A stretch of DNA of 64,000 nucleotides. It comes from an uncultured virus (IMG/VR IMGVR_UViG_650716090_000002). Lineage: Duplodnaviria; Heunggongvirae; Uroviricota; Caudoviricetes. Within the stretch, counting starts at the first letter, position 1. Every line of letters begins with the position of its first letter. The notes below the pieces were generated by a model that saw only the letters and a list, made by a program, of their open reading frames with translations, did not search any database and had not been told where the DNA came from. The translations under genes were made by a program, and so were the position numbers. The stretch lies in IMG/VR virus record IMGVR_UViG_650716090_000002; one strand, given 5' to 3'. Positions 11,349-21,251 of the stretch are shown piece by piece.

Positions 11349-12095
11349 TTTCTACCTCCTCTCTTTGCGGTTTCTTAAGATTATTAGCCTGATAAATCAA
11401 ATCAATCCATGATTTACCTTCTTTTTCTTCCGATTGTTGAATAATGTCCATATGGGCGTTTACAACTTCCATATTTGCTGGTTGTTGTTTACGTTTCCAC
11501 AAGTCTTGGAACTTAGATCCTTTCTTGCGAAGGGCATTATTAACGGCATTTAGAACGGCATTCCTCATTGTTTCAGAGTCAGACACTTTCTTGTCTTCCC
11601 ACGCTTTCATAATAAAAAGCTTCTCACGCTTAGTTAGTTCTAGATACTCGTCCTTAGTTGTTCCAAAATTGACAAAGAAAAAAGCGAAGTCAATATCTTT
11701 TTCATATTGCTTCGCTAATTCTATATATTCATAATCGGTATTTTCTTCAGTACCGCCGAGATATTCAAACTCGACTAATCGCCTAGGAAGAAAAAAGGGC
11801 AGTCACGCTGGATAGTGCTAATCACTAACATGTTTAGATAAACAAACCCTTTTGTGTTTAGCAATTCATCAAAAATCATTGCCCCTTGAGCCGGAGCTAC
11901 ACGTCCACCTTCAAAAGCATATAATGCATTGATGAAGTATTGACGTAAGTCGCCAATCGAAAGCATTCCTTTAGAATTAACTACTGTAGCCATAAAGCTT
12001 TTTCCAGTAATGGCTTCAGCAGTTTCAACGGTTTTAGCATTATATTTAAGTTCATACTGATTACCGTTATAGATAATAATTTCTTTGTCTTCCAT
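11341..12095 (-). CDS. Tail assembly chaperone GT (-1 frameshift fusion)
   Basis: Slippery C CCT TTT at 11793-11799; the -1 frame is open into the ORF at 11341-11610. Confidence 0.8.
11775..12095 (-). CDS. Tail assembly chaperone G
   Basis: Lies between major tail protein and TMP; ends CPFFFLGD. Confidence 0.85.
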   Translation of the reverse strand: MEDKEIIIYNGNQYELKYNAKTVETAEAITGKSFMATVVNSKGMLSIGDLRQYFINALYAFEGGRVAPAQGAMIFDELLNTKGFVYLNMLVISTIQRDCPFFFLGD

Positions 12096-12108
12096 TTATT
12101 CCCCTTTA

Positions 12109-12636
12109 TTAAACAGTAGGTGTTACGCCATCTGGCATTGCAGTTACTAATAATTGTTGATCAGCTGGTAATTGAGTGATATCCACTAATGCACCATTAC
12201 CATCAAAACTAATTGAGTAAGTCATGCCATCATCGTATGGAGCTTCTAGCGAGTAGTCACTGATAAATGCTAAACCACCGAACATACCAGTAGCAGTTTT
12301 ACCATTAATAACCTTAAGACATACTGGATCGCTATTTTCAAATGCTTTACCTAGAATCTTGTGAGTTTCATCGGATGGAATATAAAGACCATCATTGTCA
12401 ATTGACCATTCTTTCATCCCTGCGATTTTAGATTTCCAACCGCCTTTGGTGTCTTTTGAAGATACCTCGATTGAGTCAGCTGAGCGGTTAATCGTTAAAC
12501 CTTGCTGACCACTAATAGCAAGCAACTTATCTCCGGTCGCATTAAATACTGCTAATACAATATCTTTCCCTGCGATAGCTTTCGTTGAGCTTGCGTCAAA
12601 ATTACAATATACATTGCTATCAAATTCTGTTGCCAT
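12109..12636 (-). CDS. Major tail (tube) protein, TP901-1-like
   Basis: IAGKDI...SIEVSSKDTKGGWKSKIAGMKEWSID...APYDD motif. Confidence 0.85.
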   Translation of the reverse strand: MATEFDSNVYCNFDASSTKAIAGKDIVLAVFNATGDKLLAISGQQGLTINRSADSIEVSSKDTKGGWKSKIAGMKEWSIDNDGLYIPSDETHKILGKAFENSDPVCLKVINGKTATGMFGGLAFISDYSLEAPYDDGMTYSISFDGNGALVDITQLPADQQLLVTAMPDGVTPTV

Positions 12637-12646
12637 TTAATTCTCC

Positions 12647-13053
12647 TTAAATTTTAGTTCTAAAGCCGTAAGAGACTTTTATTTCATACGCTATAATAGC
12701 GTGCATTTCGTTTGTTTCATCCTCTTGTAAGGACTGCATACCTGTTTCCGTCTGTCTGAGTATTTCAACGTCAGGCAGTACTAATTCTTCAGTGAGTGCA
12801 TCTTCCAAGTCTTCAATCATTTTATAGATTGCAACTTTACCAGTGCTTTCTGCAGAGATTGCGTGAATCCAAACAGTAAACACTTCGCACCACATCATTT
12901 TTGTGTTTTCAGGCCTTTTGTCCACAATCTCGATAAAATAAAAAGGCGCCGGAGCGTCTTCTGGTACTTGATCATAAGCAGTTAAGCTTGTGTTTTTTCA
13001 ATTGTTGCCTTTAATGAGGCATGCAAATCAACTAATCCTAATTTCTTAAGCAT
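12647..13053 (-). CDS. Tail terminator/completion protein, apparent 1-nt frameshift at 12993-12998
   Basis: MLKKLGLVDLHASLK start matches the homolog at 50689-51099; an A7 run would restore the frame. Confidence 0.75.
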
Positions 13054-13054
13054 G

Positions 13055-13456
13055 TTACCTCTTCTTTCTCAATTCATTCAGCATATCATTACGGTAAGTC
13101 ATCCTTTGTTTTTGCACGTTATTAAACAAGAATCTTTGACCAGATACATAACCTACCTGTCTGCCACCTCTCACTATCCTGTGACCATACTCAACATGAG
13201 GACCATAATCTTTTGAATAATAAAACATTCCGATAGCCACACCGGCACCAGAGTTTAACTCAATCTGTCTACGTGACTTCATGAGCTCTCCTGCTGAATG
13301 ACCTTTTGACTGTTTGCCAATTGGTGTTCCGGGTGGTCTAGAAGCACGATTAAAGATAGTGGTTAGATTTTTATTGACAACGGCCTCCCATTGAATTTCA
13401 TTCATCGCTCTGAAACGAGCTTCAAGAACCGGCAAACCATTAACATCTATTTTCAT
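13055..13456 (-). CDS. HK97 gp10-like neck protein
   Basis: YGPHVEYGHR motif and synteny. Confidence 0.8.
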   Translation of the reverse strand: MKIDVNGLPVLEARFRAMNEIQWEAVVNKNLTTIFNRASRPPGTPIGKQSKGHSAGELMKSRRQIELNSGAGVAIGMFYYSKDYGPHVEYGHRIVRGGRQVGYVSGQRFLFNNVQKQRMTYRNDMLNELRKKR

Positions 13457-13767
13457 AGGCGATATCCGTTCAGAATTAACAAACGCCACCGGCCTAAATC
13501 TTTAACAGATTTTATTTGGTAATATTTGCCGTCTATTTGGACACGGACGGCGTTTTTCGCTTGCTTAGGTGTAATTCTATTACAAAGCATTTTGCGAGTG
13601 CCAGACGTTAAATCTCGACCGTATATATTCACATCGTCAGCAGTCCATTCGGTAAAACGCCCAGCATATGCCGTGGCGGATAAAACTTTTTGCATGATGT
13701 CATTCCCTAACTGGTCTTTTTGACCTGTCGGGACTTCCGTTTCTAGATAAAATAATTCATATCTCAT
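13453..13767 (-). CDS. Head-tail joining/stopper protein
   Basis: Synteny; homolog at 51501-51812. Confidence 0.65.
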   Translation of the reverse strand: MRYELFYLETEVPTGQKDQLGNDIMQKVLSATAYAGRFTEWTADDVNIYGRDLTSGTRKMLCNRITPKQAKNAVRVQIDGKYYQIKSVKDLGRWRLLILNGYRL

Positions 13768-14099
13768 AAGAAACGCACCACCTTATCATCTAATGATTCG
13801 GTTTTGATTTTATCAGCTAAGTAGTTCATCAGGTCGACTTCATACTCTGCTAAAATGTTATCCACAAAGTTAGTAGTGATTGTGTCTGCTTTTTCGCTTG
13901 TTATCCCCTCATAGAATAACCTACGATACATTTTGACGGTAACCTCAACAACTATTGTTTCAAGCTTTGCATTCAATACAGTATCGTTCACACGTAAATT
14001 AATGCGGTCGGTTGCTGATTGAATAAGTTCATCAAGCAATCCGATATCTGGAACTTCGACATCAGGCATACGAGTTTTAACACGATCAATAATTGCCAT
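13764..14099 (-). CDS. Head-tail connector (adaptor)
   Basis: YRRLFYEGITSE motif, follows capsid. Confidence 0.8.
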   Translation of the reverse strand: MAIIDRVKTRMPDVEVPDIGLLDELIQSATDRINLRVNDTVLNAKLETIVVEVTVKMYRRLFYEGITSEKADTITTNFVDNILAEYEVDLMNYLADKIKTESLDDKVVRFL

Positions 14100-14100
14100 G

Positions 14101-14253
14101 TTATTCCTCCTCTACTAAATAACCCGCCTTTACTAAGTCATTAATGCGTTTTTTCGTTGGTTTATACCCTTCACGAGGAAAAGAAGCACCACTTTCGTAG
14201 TAGTGCTTTTCATCTTGTCCATCGTAAATGGCTTGTGTTGTTTTATAAGCCAT
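14101..14253 (-). CDS. Small head-associated protein (50 aa)
   Basis: FPREGYKPTKKRI matches the homolog at 52159-52440; GGAGG RBS. Confidence 0.7.
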   Translation of the reverse strand: MAYKTTQAIYDGQDEKHYYESGASFPREGYKPTKKRINDLVKAGYLVEEE

Positions 14254-14267
14254 TAATTACCTCCTAA

Positions 14268-15167
14268 TTAGACAGTTGGAGCTGGTGCAGTGATAGCAAC
14301 TTTCACAACACCGTCGATACGTTCTGGGTAAAGTAACATGCCAGATACAATAAGTGTTTGGATTGTGAGAGAAACATCTTCTCTAAAGTGGTTCATTCCG
14401 ATATATCCAGTTGCATCACCAGATAAACCAAATTCACGAGCAAGCTCAGAAGTGTTTGGATTAACGTAAGCTAAGATAAGGTTTTCTGGAACAGTTGCCC
14501 AAATTTCACCTTTAGCAATGTCATTAGTTGAAATCATAACAGTACCAGTAAAGTCTACTAGGTAAGTAAGACCAAAGGCTGTTTGTGTTGAGATTTTAGC
14601 ATTAGCCACATATTCAGCCATGTCTAATGGGTTAACAAATGCAATCATACGTTCTGAACCGAAGTCTTCAAACAACACTTGCAATTGTCCCCAAGCTGAA
14701 GCAAGAGCGCCTTGTAAGCCACTGCCTAGAGCTGTAATAGTACCAGTGCCAGTTTTAAGCGTAGTCACAAAGTTTGTGCGGATAGATTTTTGAAGTTGAC
14801 GAATAAGGGCGTCATCTGTATTTGCAACAGCTTCATCTGAACCATATTTTTGAATATCTTCGCCAGTTGTTGCTTTGCGGTATTTTTTAAGAGTGATTTC
14901 TTTTGTGTCCGCTTCTTTACGAGACACTTTTGAAAGCGGAATAACTTCACCCTCTGGGACGTCACCACTTGCAAGTGCTACTTCATAACCTGAGTAAGTG
15001 CGAAGTGTTGTTCCTGCTTGTACTGAGATTTTACGAGTAATACCAAGCATTTCAATCAATTTAGAAATATTTTCTTTGAATGTATTTGAAACATCCACAG
15101 TAATAGGATATTTTAAGTCAGTTGTTTTGATTAGTCCATCTTCTGGAAAAGTACGAGTTGTTACCAT
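14268..15167 (-). CDS. Major capsid protein
   Basis: VPEGEVIPLSKV...KKYRKATT motif, downstream of scaffold. Confidence 0.9.
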   Translation of the reverse strand: MVTTRTFPEDGLIKTTDLKYPITVDVSNTFKENISKLIEMLGITRKISVQAGTTLRTYSGYEVALASGDVPEGEVIPLSKVSRKEADTKEITLKKYRKATTGEDIQKYGSDEAVANTDDALIRQLQKSIRTNFVTTLKTGTGTITALGSGLQGALASAWGQLQVLFEDFGSERMIAFVNPLDMAEYVANAKISTQTAFGLTYLVDFTGTVMISTNDIAKGEIWATVPENLILAYVNPNTSELAREFGLSGDATGYIGMNHFREDVSLTIQTLIVSGMLLYPERIDGVVKVAITAPAPTV

Positions 15168-15182
15168 GTTTTAGTTCTCCTT

Positions 15183-15755
15183 TTAATTAAATAAAGCTTG
15201 ATTTTCTTCAATCAAGCGTAAGCGTTCTGTGCGATCTTTAACGGCCATTATAGATTCTTTAGTCAGTGTGTTAGCTGTCCCGCCCTGTTTTGGTAGTGGG
15301 TTCTTCAAGCGTTCAGTAACTGCTTTATCCAAGTGGTCGTTAAATAAAGAAATAAAGCCCTCTACGGCTTTTTTTGTATCGTCAGCACTATTTGTCACAA
15401 GCATGTTGATCAGGTCTTCTGACGGCACGACATTAGCTTCTGAGAACATTCCACGAGCAATTGAGTTCATTTCAGAGCGTGTTTTCTCTGCTTCTAGTTC
15501 AGCAATACGAGCTTCAAGCTGTTTTTTCTCGTGTTCTGCCTTTTGCTCAGCGTTCATCTTGGCTAATTTTTTAGCTTGGTCAGCTTCAGCTTCTTTTTCT
15601 GACTCCCACTTAGAGCGTGCAGTTTCCAAAGCTTTAGAAATTTTCTTATCAAATTCCGCTTGGTTCTTAGGGTCTGACAATAATTCGTCAAACGTTTTTT
15701 CTTTAACTTCCTCTTGTGCACCAGATTCGTTTAAGATTTCTTCGTTTTCGTTCAT
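15183..15755 (-). CDS. Capsid scaffold protein (DUF4355-like)
   Basis: Coiled coil with QAEFDKKISKAL; GGAGG RBS before MNENEE. Confidence 0.85.
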   Translation of the reverse strand: MNENEEILNESGAQEEVKEKTFDELLSDPKNQAEFDKKISKALETARSKWESEKEAEADQAKKLAKMNAEQKAEHEKKQLEARIAELEAEKTRSEMNSIARGMFSEANVVPSEDLINMLVTNSADDTKKAVEGFISLFNDHLDKAVTERLKNPLPKQGGTANTLTKESIMAVKDRTERLRLIEENQALFN

Positions 15756-15849
15756 TTTTTCCTCCTGCCCCACACCATTGCATAAGCCCCAGTGCATTGC
15801 GATTTTATTTAAGTAGTTTAATGTCATGCTCAGGACATAATAAAAAGAC

Positions 15850-16026
15850 CTATAAAAAAGTCTCATACATTTCTTTTGTTATTTCAGTTAAGTCACCAGA
15901 TGCATCGAATCCCCAATAATCAATAATTTTGTTTATTAGCTCAATTTTCTTAATGTGCTTTTCATTATCATTAACAATTGCTTGCGATATATCTTTGTAA
16001 TCAGATAATTCAATAACATTACTCAT
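15850..16026 (-). CDS. Hypothetical protein (58 aa), specific to prophage 1
   Basis: Manually translated MSNVIELSDYKD...MYETFL; AAGGAG RBS. Confidence 0.55.
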   Translation of the reverse strand: MSNVIELSDYKDISQAIVNDNEKHIKKIELINKIIDYWGFDASGDLTEITKEMYETFL

Positions 16027-16117
16027 GTCAACTCCTTTAGTAGTCTTTCCTACTAGTCAAGATGTTAGATCACTTCCTTTCAGTTTTCTGTCGGTTTCAA
16101 GGTGTGTCTCCTTTCTA

Positions 16118-16234
16118 TTAAATTTCAATCTTACGTTTTAAAAAGCAATAACATTTTCCAAATATATTAATTTGAAACCATGCTTCTGCATATCGTTTAC
16201 CATCTGATTCATATTTTGTGATGTAGTGATGCAT
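16118..16234 (-). CDS. Small hypothetical protein (38 aa)
   Basis: MHHYITKYESDGKRYAEAWFQIN..., conserved at 54132-54251. Confidence 0.6.
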   Translation of the reverse strand: MHHYITKYESDGKRYAEAWFQINIFGKCYCFLKRKIEI

Positions 16235-16548
16235 CAGATTTCTCCTCTCAAACGATTAATTTCTATACCTCTATCAGTTTCTTTAAAAGCTGATTTTGCT
16301 AACCCATCTGCATTGATTTTTAATTCAATTGGCTTTTCTAATTCTTTAATTCGTTTCTCCAATCGTTCAAAACGTTCAATAAAGATTTCTCTAGTTTCTA
16401 AAAGTTTTAATTCTGACTGTTCGATTTTGTTTTCTAAACACTTAATATAATTATCAACTTCTTTCAGCCAATCATTGTGTACTTCAACTAATCTATCTTT
16501 TTCTTCATTTAAATATTTATCGTATGCTATCATTTTTTCTCCTATCAT
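16234..16548 (-). CDS. Hypothetical coiled-coil protein
   Basis: ORF identical to 54251-54565. Confidence 0.7.
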   Translation of the reverse strand: MIGEKMIAYDKYLNEEKDRLVEVHNDWLKEVDNYIKCLENKIEQSELKLLETREIFIERFERLEKRIKELEKPIELKINADGLAKSAFKETDRGIEINRLRGEI

Positions 16549-16688
16549 CGTTTCTCAATAGATATAAGTGCAACACAGATACCTAATAAAATAGGCATAT
16601 ACCAGTTACCAAAATTAAAACCAGTTGTTTCACAAAAAATATAATATAATCCAATGTATCCAGTCCATTTATACCAATTTGTTTTCAC
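16545..16688 (-). CDS. Small membrane protein (47 aa)
   Basis: GTG start after GGAGG; hydrophobic; coupled to neighbours. Confidence 0.5.
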   Translation of the reverse strand: MKTNWYKWTGYIGLYYIFCETTGFNFGNWYMPILLGICVALISIEKR

Positions 16689-16993
16689 TTCATCCCTCCT
16701 TTGAGTCTGTTCAATTTTTCTTTAAATTCTTTTTCATGCAATTCATAATCAGATTTTGCTTTTTGGAATTCATCATCAAATTTTTCAAATCGCTTGTCGT
16801 GTTCAAAACGCTTAATACCTTTCTTCATTCCTTTATTAACAAATGAAATGAAAACGATGTTAGCAATAAAAATAAACACCCAGAAAATTACCATGATAAT
16901 AATCGGTAAGAATGCAATAAACCACGTAATAGAGATAATCCCCATAAGTTTAAGTGTGATTAGTAGTAATGATAACAATCCTAAAAATGTCAT
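16685..16993 (-). CDS. Hypothetical membrane protein
   Basis: Two TM segments; C-terminus shared with 54702-54986. Confidence 0.7.
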   Translation of the reverse strand: MTFLGLLSLLLITLKLMGIISITWFIAFLPIIIMVIFWVFIFIANIVFISFVNKGMKKGIKRFEHDKRFEKFDDEFQKAKSDYELHEKEFKEKLNRLKGGMK

Positions 16994-17427
16994 TAGATAT
17001 CCCCTTTCATTCGTTTCAATGCAAAATCTCTAACCTCTTGATCAGCAACTAGTCTTTTGCCAGTTGAATTAGCGATTTCTTGACCGTCAAAGATAACCAT
17101 TCTTTGATTTCTAAATTCTTTTAATAACTCAGGTGTGATTTCATCATCACGACGTAAAAATGAAAAATCGTTATCTGTAAGCACTTGATGCAGTACTATG
17201 CCTAAACGATTTACCTTATCCTCATCTTGTTCTAAGCCAGCCTCCTCAAAAATACAATGTACAATTTCATGGACTAGCGTTTGTTCAGTTCTTTGTTTAC
17301 TCATATTGGAATCTAAGGCGATTGTTGTCTTTTTTAGATTTGTTTCGCCCCAATTTCCAGTATGTCCTTCCAAATCATCTTTAATTTCAATCGGATATAC
17401 AATTCCACCTATTTTTACTTTGTCCAT
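16993..17427 (-). CDS. Putative zinc metallopeptidase-like protein (HExxH)
   Basis: TLVHEIVH motif. Confidence 0.7.
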   Translation of the reverse strand: MDKVKIGGIVYPIEIKDDLEGHTGNWGETNLKKTTIALDSNMSKQRTEQTLVHEIVHCIFEEAGLEQDEDKVNRLGIVLHQVLTDNDFSFLRRDDEITPELLKEFRNQRMVIFDGQEIANSTGKRLVADQEVRDFALKRMKGDI

Positions 17428-17558
17428 TTACTACTCCTCTTTTTCGTTTAACGCTTCTTCAATTCCTTTGTAAATGCCAACAACAATAGCCAAAATGACT
17501 AACATAGCCACTAGAAATGCAATAAATCCACATAGCTGATAAAACATATTCCAAAAAA

Positions 17559-18479
17559 TCATCTATTTTTCTCCTCGTATCGTTTTTCATAATCATCAGG
17601 AATAACCATGGCAAAAGAACTGCGACATCCTGGGTGCATAGGTGGGAAGTTAACACCTACTTGTTTTGACTTCATCGGGAATGTTTGTCCGTCAAGTCCT
17701 TTACATAACGAAGAAGTGTGGCTATCTAGAACAGCTACAAATTCAAATTCGTCATATAGCCCACTGTCTTCGAAAGGTTTCATCATAGCTTGATTGTTGA
17801 CGTACGTCCCCTCAGTTCTTAGCAGTCTATTGAGGTTATAACTTGATTGCTTGCTGAATCTATCTCTTAGTTGCTTTAACAACTTATCGAAATTATCCCC
17901 TCTAATAATTCCGGCTTTTAGATCATTAACAAGGTAGGCGACTAGCTTCTCTTTGTTATTCCAAATACTAGCTGAGAAGTTCTCTTTGTTTATCCAATCA
18001 TCATCAATGATAGTTTGAAGTGTGACCTTATCAAAAGTAAAACCCATGACCTTAGCAGTCTCTTGATAGCCATCTTTAAACGTCTTAGCCAAGTGTTTAG
18101 TCAGTTCTTCTTGCTCAATAGCACCTATTTCTAATTGTTGGCTATTGATTGATAGTTCCAAGCCTTGCAGTCTATCAAGCTTGTAGATTGAATTTCTGAC
18201 TGGTGCTAATTTCTTATACTGTTGATAACGTTCCGCAAAACCGTCAAAATTACGATAGATGACATCTTTTTCAGCTTTTGACATCTGTTGTAAAAGGTCA
18301 CGATATTCAATAATGTTACCTTTACCATACTTCGCAAAATAGCTTGCTATTTCCTTTTCTAAGCTCACTAACTGCTCAGAGTAGTATTTAGCCATCTTCT
18401 TTTGCAAGGCTTCCTCGTTGCGTTCTAGGTTATTCCACAGTTGTGTCTGACGTTGTTTCCAATACTTGTGATTGTCCAT
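17559..18479 (-). CDS. Minor capsid protein (MuF/SPP1 gp7 family)
   Basis: RLLRTE...D..TS..C..LDG...PPMHPGCRS. Confidence 0.9.
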   Translation of the reverse strand: MDNHKYWKQRQTQLWNNLERNEEALQKKMAKYYSEQLVSLEKEIASYFAKYGKGNIIEYRDLLQQMSKAEKDVIYRNFDGFAERYQQYKKLAPVRNSIYKLDRLQGLELSINSQQLEIGAIEQEELTKHLAKTFKDGYQETAKVMGFTFDKVTLQTIIDDDWINKENFSASIWNNKEKLVAYLVNDLKAGIIRGDNFDKLLKQLRDRFSKQSSYNLNRLLRTEGTYVNNQAMMKPFEDSGLYDEFEFVAVLDSHTSSLCKGLDGQTFPMKSKQVGVNFPPMHPGCRSSFAMVIPDDYEKRYEEKNR

Positions 18480-18489
18480 TATCTACCGC

Positions 18490-20028
18490 CTATTTTGTTT
18501 CAGTTATTTTAAATTCCTTGCCAGCTTCACCAAGAACCGACTCAGCTTTAGCTCTGTCAAACGGGAATGCTGATGTCAACATTTCGACAGCTGACTCTCT
18601 AGGAAGCATACCTGATGCAACTTGTTGAACGATGGCAACCATTGAAGAAATTTGCGCTCCGTTCAAACTTACTTGTTGAACTGTCTTACCGTCAGGTCCT
18701 ATCGATTGAGTGTCAATTTCTGGAGTAATAACATCATCACTAGCAGTACGTGGAATTATTGAAAGTTCCATTTCTTTTTCCAAATTGTCGACTTCTTCTT
18801 GTGGATTAGATACATTAGAGAGCACTCCGACCTGTGTTATTTTAGTTGTAATACCAGTAAGCATTCCGGCAATTTGAGCTTCTTCTAGCAAATTAGACGG
18901 CTTATTACGTGTAAACTTATACTGGATATCTACCCATTCATCACCATTGATTTTGGACTTAGGATAGTTAGCAATCAATTTATATCGTCTATTCATGCCA
19001 GACGTGAACTTACGCTCTTTGGTCTTAGCTAGATTGTCCATAGCTTGGAGTTTGTAAGCTAATGAAATACCGCTAGCGTTACCGAAGTTGTCATCAGATA
19101 GGTTGGCAACCATTGCAGTTCTGAAAATTAAGTCTTCCAAACGATTGAGTAAGTTCTCTTGTGTGCCGTCTGCATCAGGTTTTTGTAAAAACTCAATGAC
19201 TAATTTACTAGTATCGGTACTTGCCATATTAATGATACGGTTATCACGTAGTTTTTGGAGTGTCTTGTCGTCTAGCTTAGCCCCTAGGATTTTCAAATAA
19301 GCGTCTGCGTAATACTCAACATCGTTAGCCTTTTCTGAAATAGCCTTGTCAAAAGCATTGATTAGAGTAATGACGTTATCAAAGATACCTTGTTTTTCGG
19401 CATTCTCGACATATTCAACCATTGGAACATCACCAAAGAAGTGTTCCTGATTATCTTCGATTTGATAGCCTTTATCTCCAACTTTGAAGTAAGTGATTTT
19501 ACTTGCGTCTGAGTACGTTCCTTCAATTTGACCTTCACTATTAATAAAGTAACGAACCGCAAATAAAGGGCGTTCTCTAATTGAATCGTCATAGACCATA
19601 AATGCTTGCGTTGGATCTAAATAAGTGATACCAACCTCTGCATTTTCATCAGCATAAATCAATTCGTAACCATGGCCAAAAATTGAGCAAATCTTAGATA
19701 GTTCTGCATTGTTATCGTCTTGGTCGTTATATCCATCTAAAAACTCAAGATAATCACTAACTGCCTTGTTTTCGTGTGATACGTTGATTGGGTTACCAAT
19801 AAAGTAACCGTTAAATGTATCCACGATATACTTAGCAAAGTTAACCACTAAGCGATTATCAGGCTTATAGGACTCTTTTTCTTTTTGATTTAGGATTGCA
19901 TGTCTGCCCTCATACATGTCTTTGCGCTCAATATACTTTGTAATCATCGCTTGATGGCCTTGGATTAACTGACCAAGTAATTCTACCGTCATCTCTGTGT
20001 CTGACGGCTGTATAAATATATTTGCCAC
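18490..20028 (-). CDS. Portal protein, SPP1 family
   Basis: NRLVVNFAKYIVD...FGNASGISL motifs. Confidence 0.92.
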   Translation of the reverse strand: MANIFIQPSDTEMTVELLGQLIQGHQAMITKYIERKDMYEGRHAILNQKEKESYKPDNRLVVNFAKYIVDTFNGYFIGNPINVSHENKAVSDYLEFLDGYNDQDDNNAELSKICSIFGHGYELIYADENAEVGITYLDPTQAFMVYDDSIRERPLFAVRYFINSEGQIEGTYSDASKITYFKVGDKGYQIEDNQEHFFGDVPMVEYVENAEKQGIFDNVITLINAFDKAISEKANDVEYYADAYLKILGAKLDDKTLQKLRDNRIINMASTDTSKLVIEFLQKPDADGTQENLLNRLEDLIFRTAMVANLSDDNFGNASGISLAYKLQAMDNLAKTKERKFTSGMNRRYKLIANYPKSKINGDEWVDIQYKFTRNKPSNLLEEAQIAGMLTGITTKITQVGVLSNVSNPQEEVDNLEKEMELSIIPRTASDDVITPEIDTQSIGPDGKTVQQVSLNGAQISSMVAIVQQVASGMLPRESAVEMLTSAFPFDRAKAESVLGEAGKEFKITETK

Positions 20029-21251
20029 TAAATACCTCCACTAAATAATTGGACGAACGTGTTATTATTTTCGTCACTGTGTATTGCATACCTCAAAGCA
20101 TCGAGAACGTCGTCATATTCTTTTATGACTTCGTCCTTTGTGCTGTTAGGTTTCCATTTATATTGATAAATTTCATCAAAAAAACGAGGTATCGCACCTC
20201 GTAAAATATAGAGTTTCTTCTCTTTGAATTTCTTGGCTATCGTTTCAATACCAGCGATAACTTCTTTTCTTGCATTGCGTGCGTCTAGGTCTGCATCCAT
20301 TAATGCACTGACATGCTCATGACGGGCACTGTCGCACCAAAAAACTAAGTCACCGCCGTATTTTTCGTTGAATTGTTTAGCTTTATCTATCCACCAGTCA
20401 ATATAATGACCTTTTTCGGATATACCATCCACTAAATAAAGGTTGTCATCTACACCCTCACCGATTATCACAATAGAACCATAGTGATCAAAGCCCCAGT
20501 CAACGCCAGCAAAATAACGTTTCATCTCTGGTAAGCTATCCACAATGTGAATATCTTTGTTGAAATCGCTATAAACTGCACCTTCAGCAATTGTCCAAAG
20601 GCCTAAAATATCTCTATCGTAAAACTTGCCATTTGGCGTTGCTGATTTGATGTTCTCGATATATCTTTTTGAAAGAAACGTGTTGTCATCTAACTTAAAA
20701 GCAAAATCGATGATCATCTTGTCTTTATTATTGATATAGTCACGATTAAGCCAATGGTTGGGATTGTCTGGATTGCTATCCCATACTATACGCGCATCAG
20801 TCCCAGAACACCGTGAAATGATTTCTTTGAACACTACTTCATTAGCAAGTGACGCCTCATTTACATAAGCACCAAAAGCAGTGAAACCACGAGCACGTTT
20901 AAGCCCACTGATTGAACCAGTATAGACTTGAACAACTTTAACACCTCTGAAAGTGAAAGAACCATGTTTGTCATACTTAGGTTCGAAACCATATTTATTG
21001 TATAGCTCTTGTAGCACGTTGTTTTGAATACTTGTTGAAGACGTGCCAGCTAATATATACATTGGTTCATCTATGCCTAATCTATTCGCTATGGATCGCA
21101 CACGGTCAAGCTCGGTTATAAACGTGTCATTATTAACAACAGTCTTACCTGCCCGCTTAGCACCATGCAAACCGCAAATAAACCAGTCGTGGTTCCAAAT
21201 ATAACTAAGCACTTCCAATTGTCTAGGTGTGTAGATATCAGATAGGCTCAT
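20028..21251 (-). CDS. terL: Terminase large subunit, PBSX family
   Basis: GAKRAGKT Walker A; GVDWG and DDVLDALRYA nuclease motifs. Confidence 0.93.
   Translation of the reverse strand: MSLSDIYTPRQLEVLSYIWNHDWFICGLHGAKRAGKTVVNNDTFITELDRVRSIANRLGIDEPMYILAGTSSTSIQNNVLQELYNKYGFEPKYDKHGSFTFRGVKVVQVYTGSISGLKRARGFTAFGAYVNEASLANEVVFKEIISRCSGTDARIVWDSNPDNPNHWLNRDYINNKDKMIIDFAFKLDDNTFLSKRYIENIKSATPNGKFYDRDILGLWTIAEGAVYSDFNKDIHIVDSLPEMKRYFAGVDWGFDHYGSIVIIGEGVDDNLYLVDGISEKGHYIDWWIDKAKQFNEKYGGDLVFWCDSARHEHVSALMDADLDARNARKEVIAGIETIAKKFKEKKLYILRGAIPRFFDEIYQYKWKPNSTKDEVIKEYDDVLDALRYAIHSDENNNTFVQLFSGGI

Noticed and set aside
15229..15816. Long plus-strand ORFs opposite structural genes (also 10048-10518, 48120-48686, 56495-56884)
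   Set aside because: Antisense shadows of well-supported minus-strand genes.
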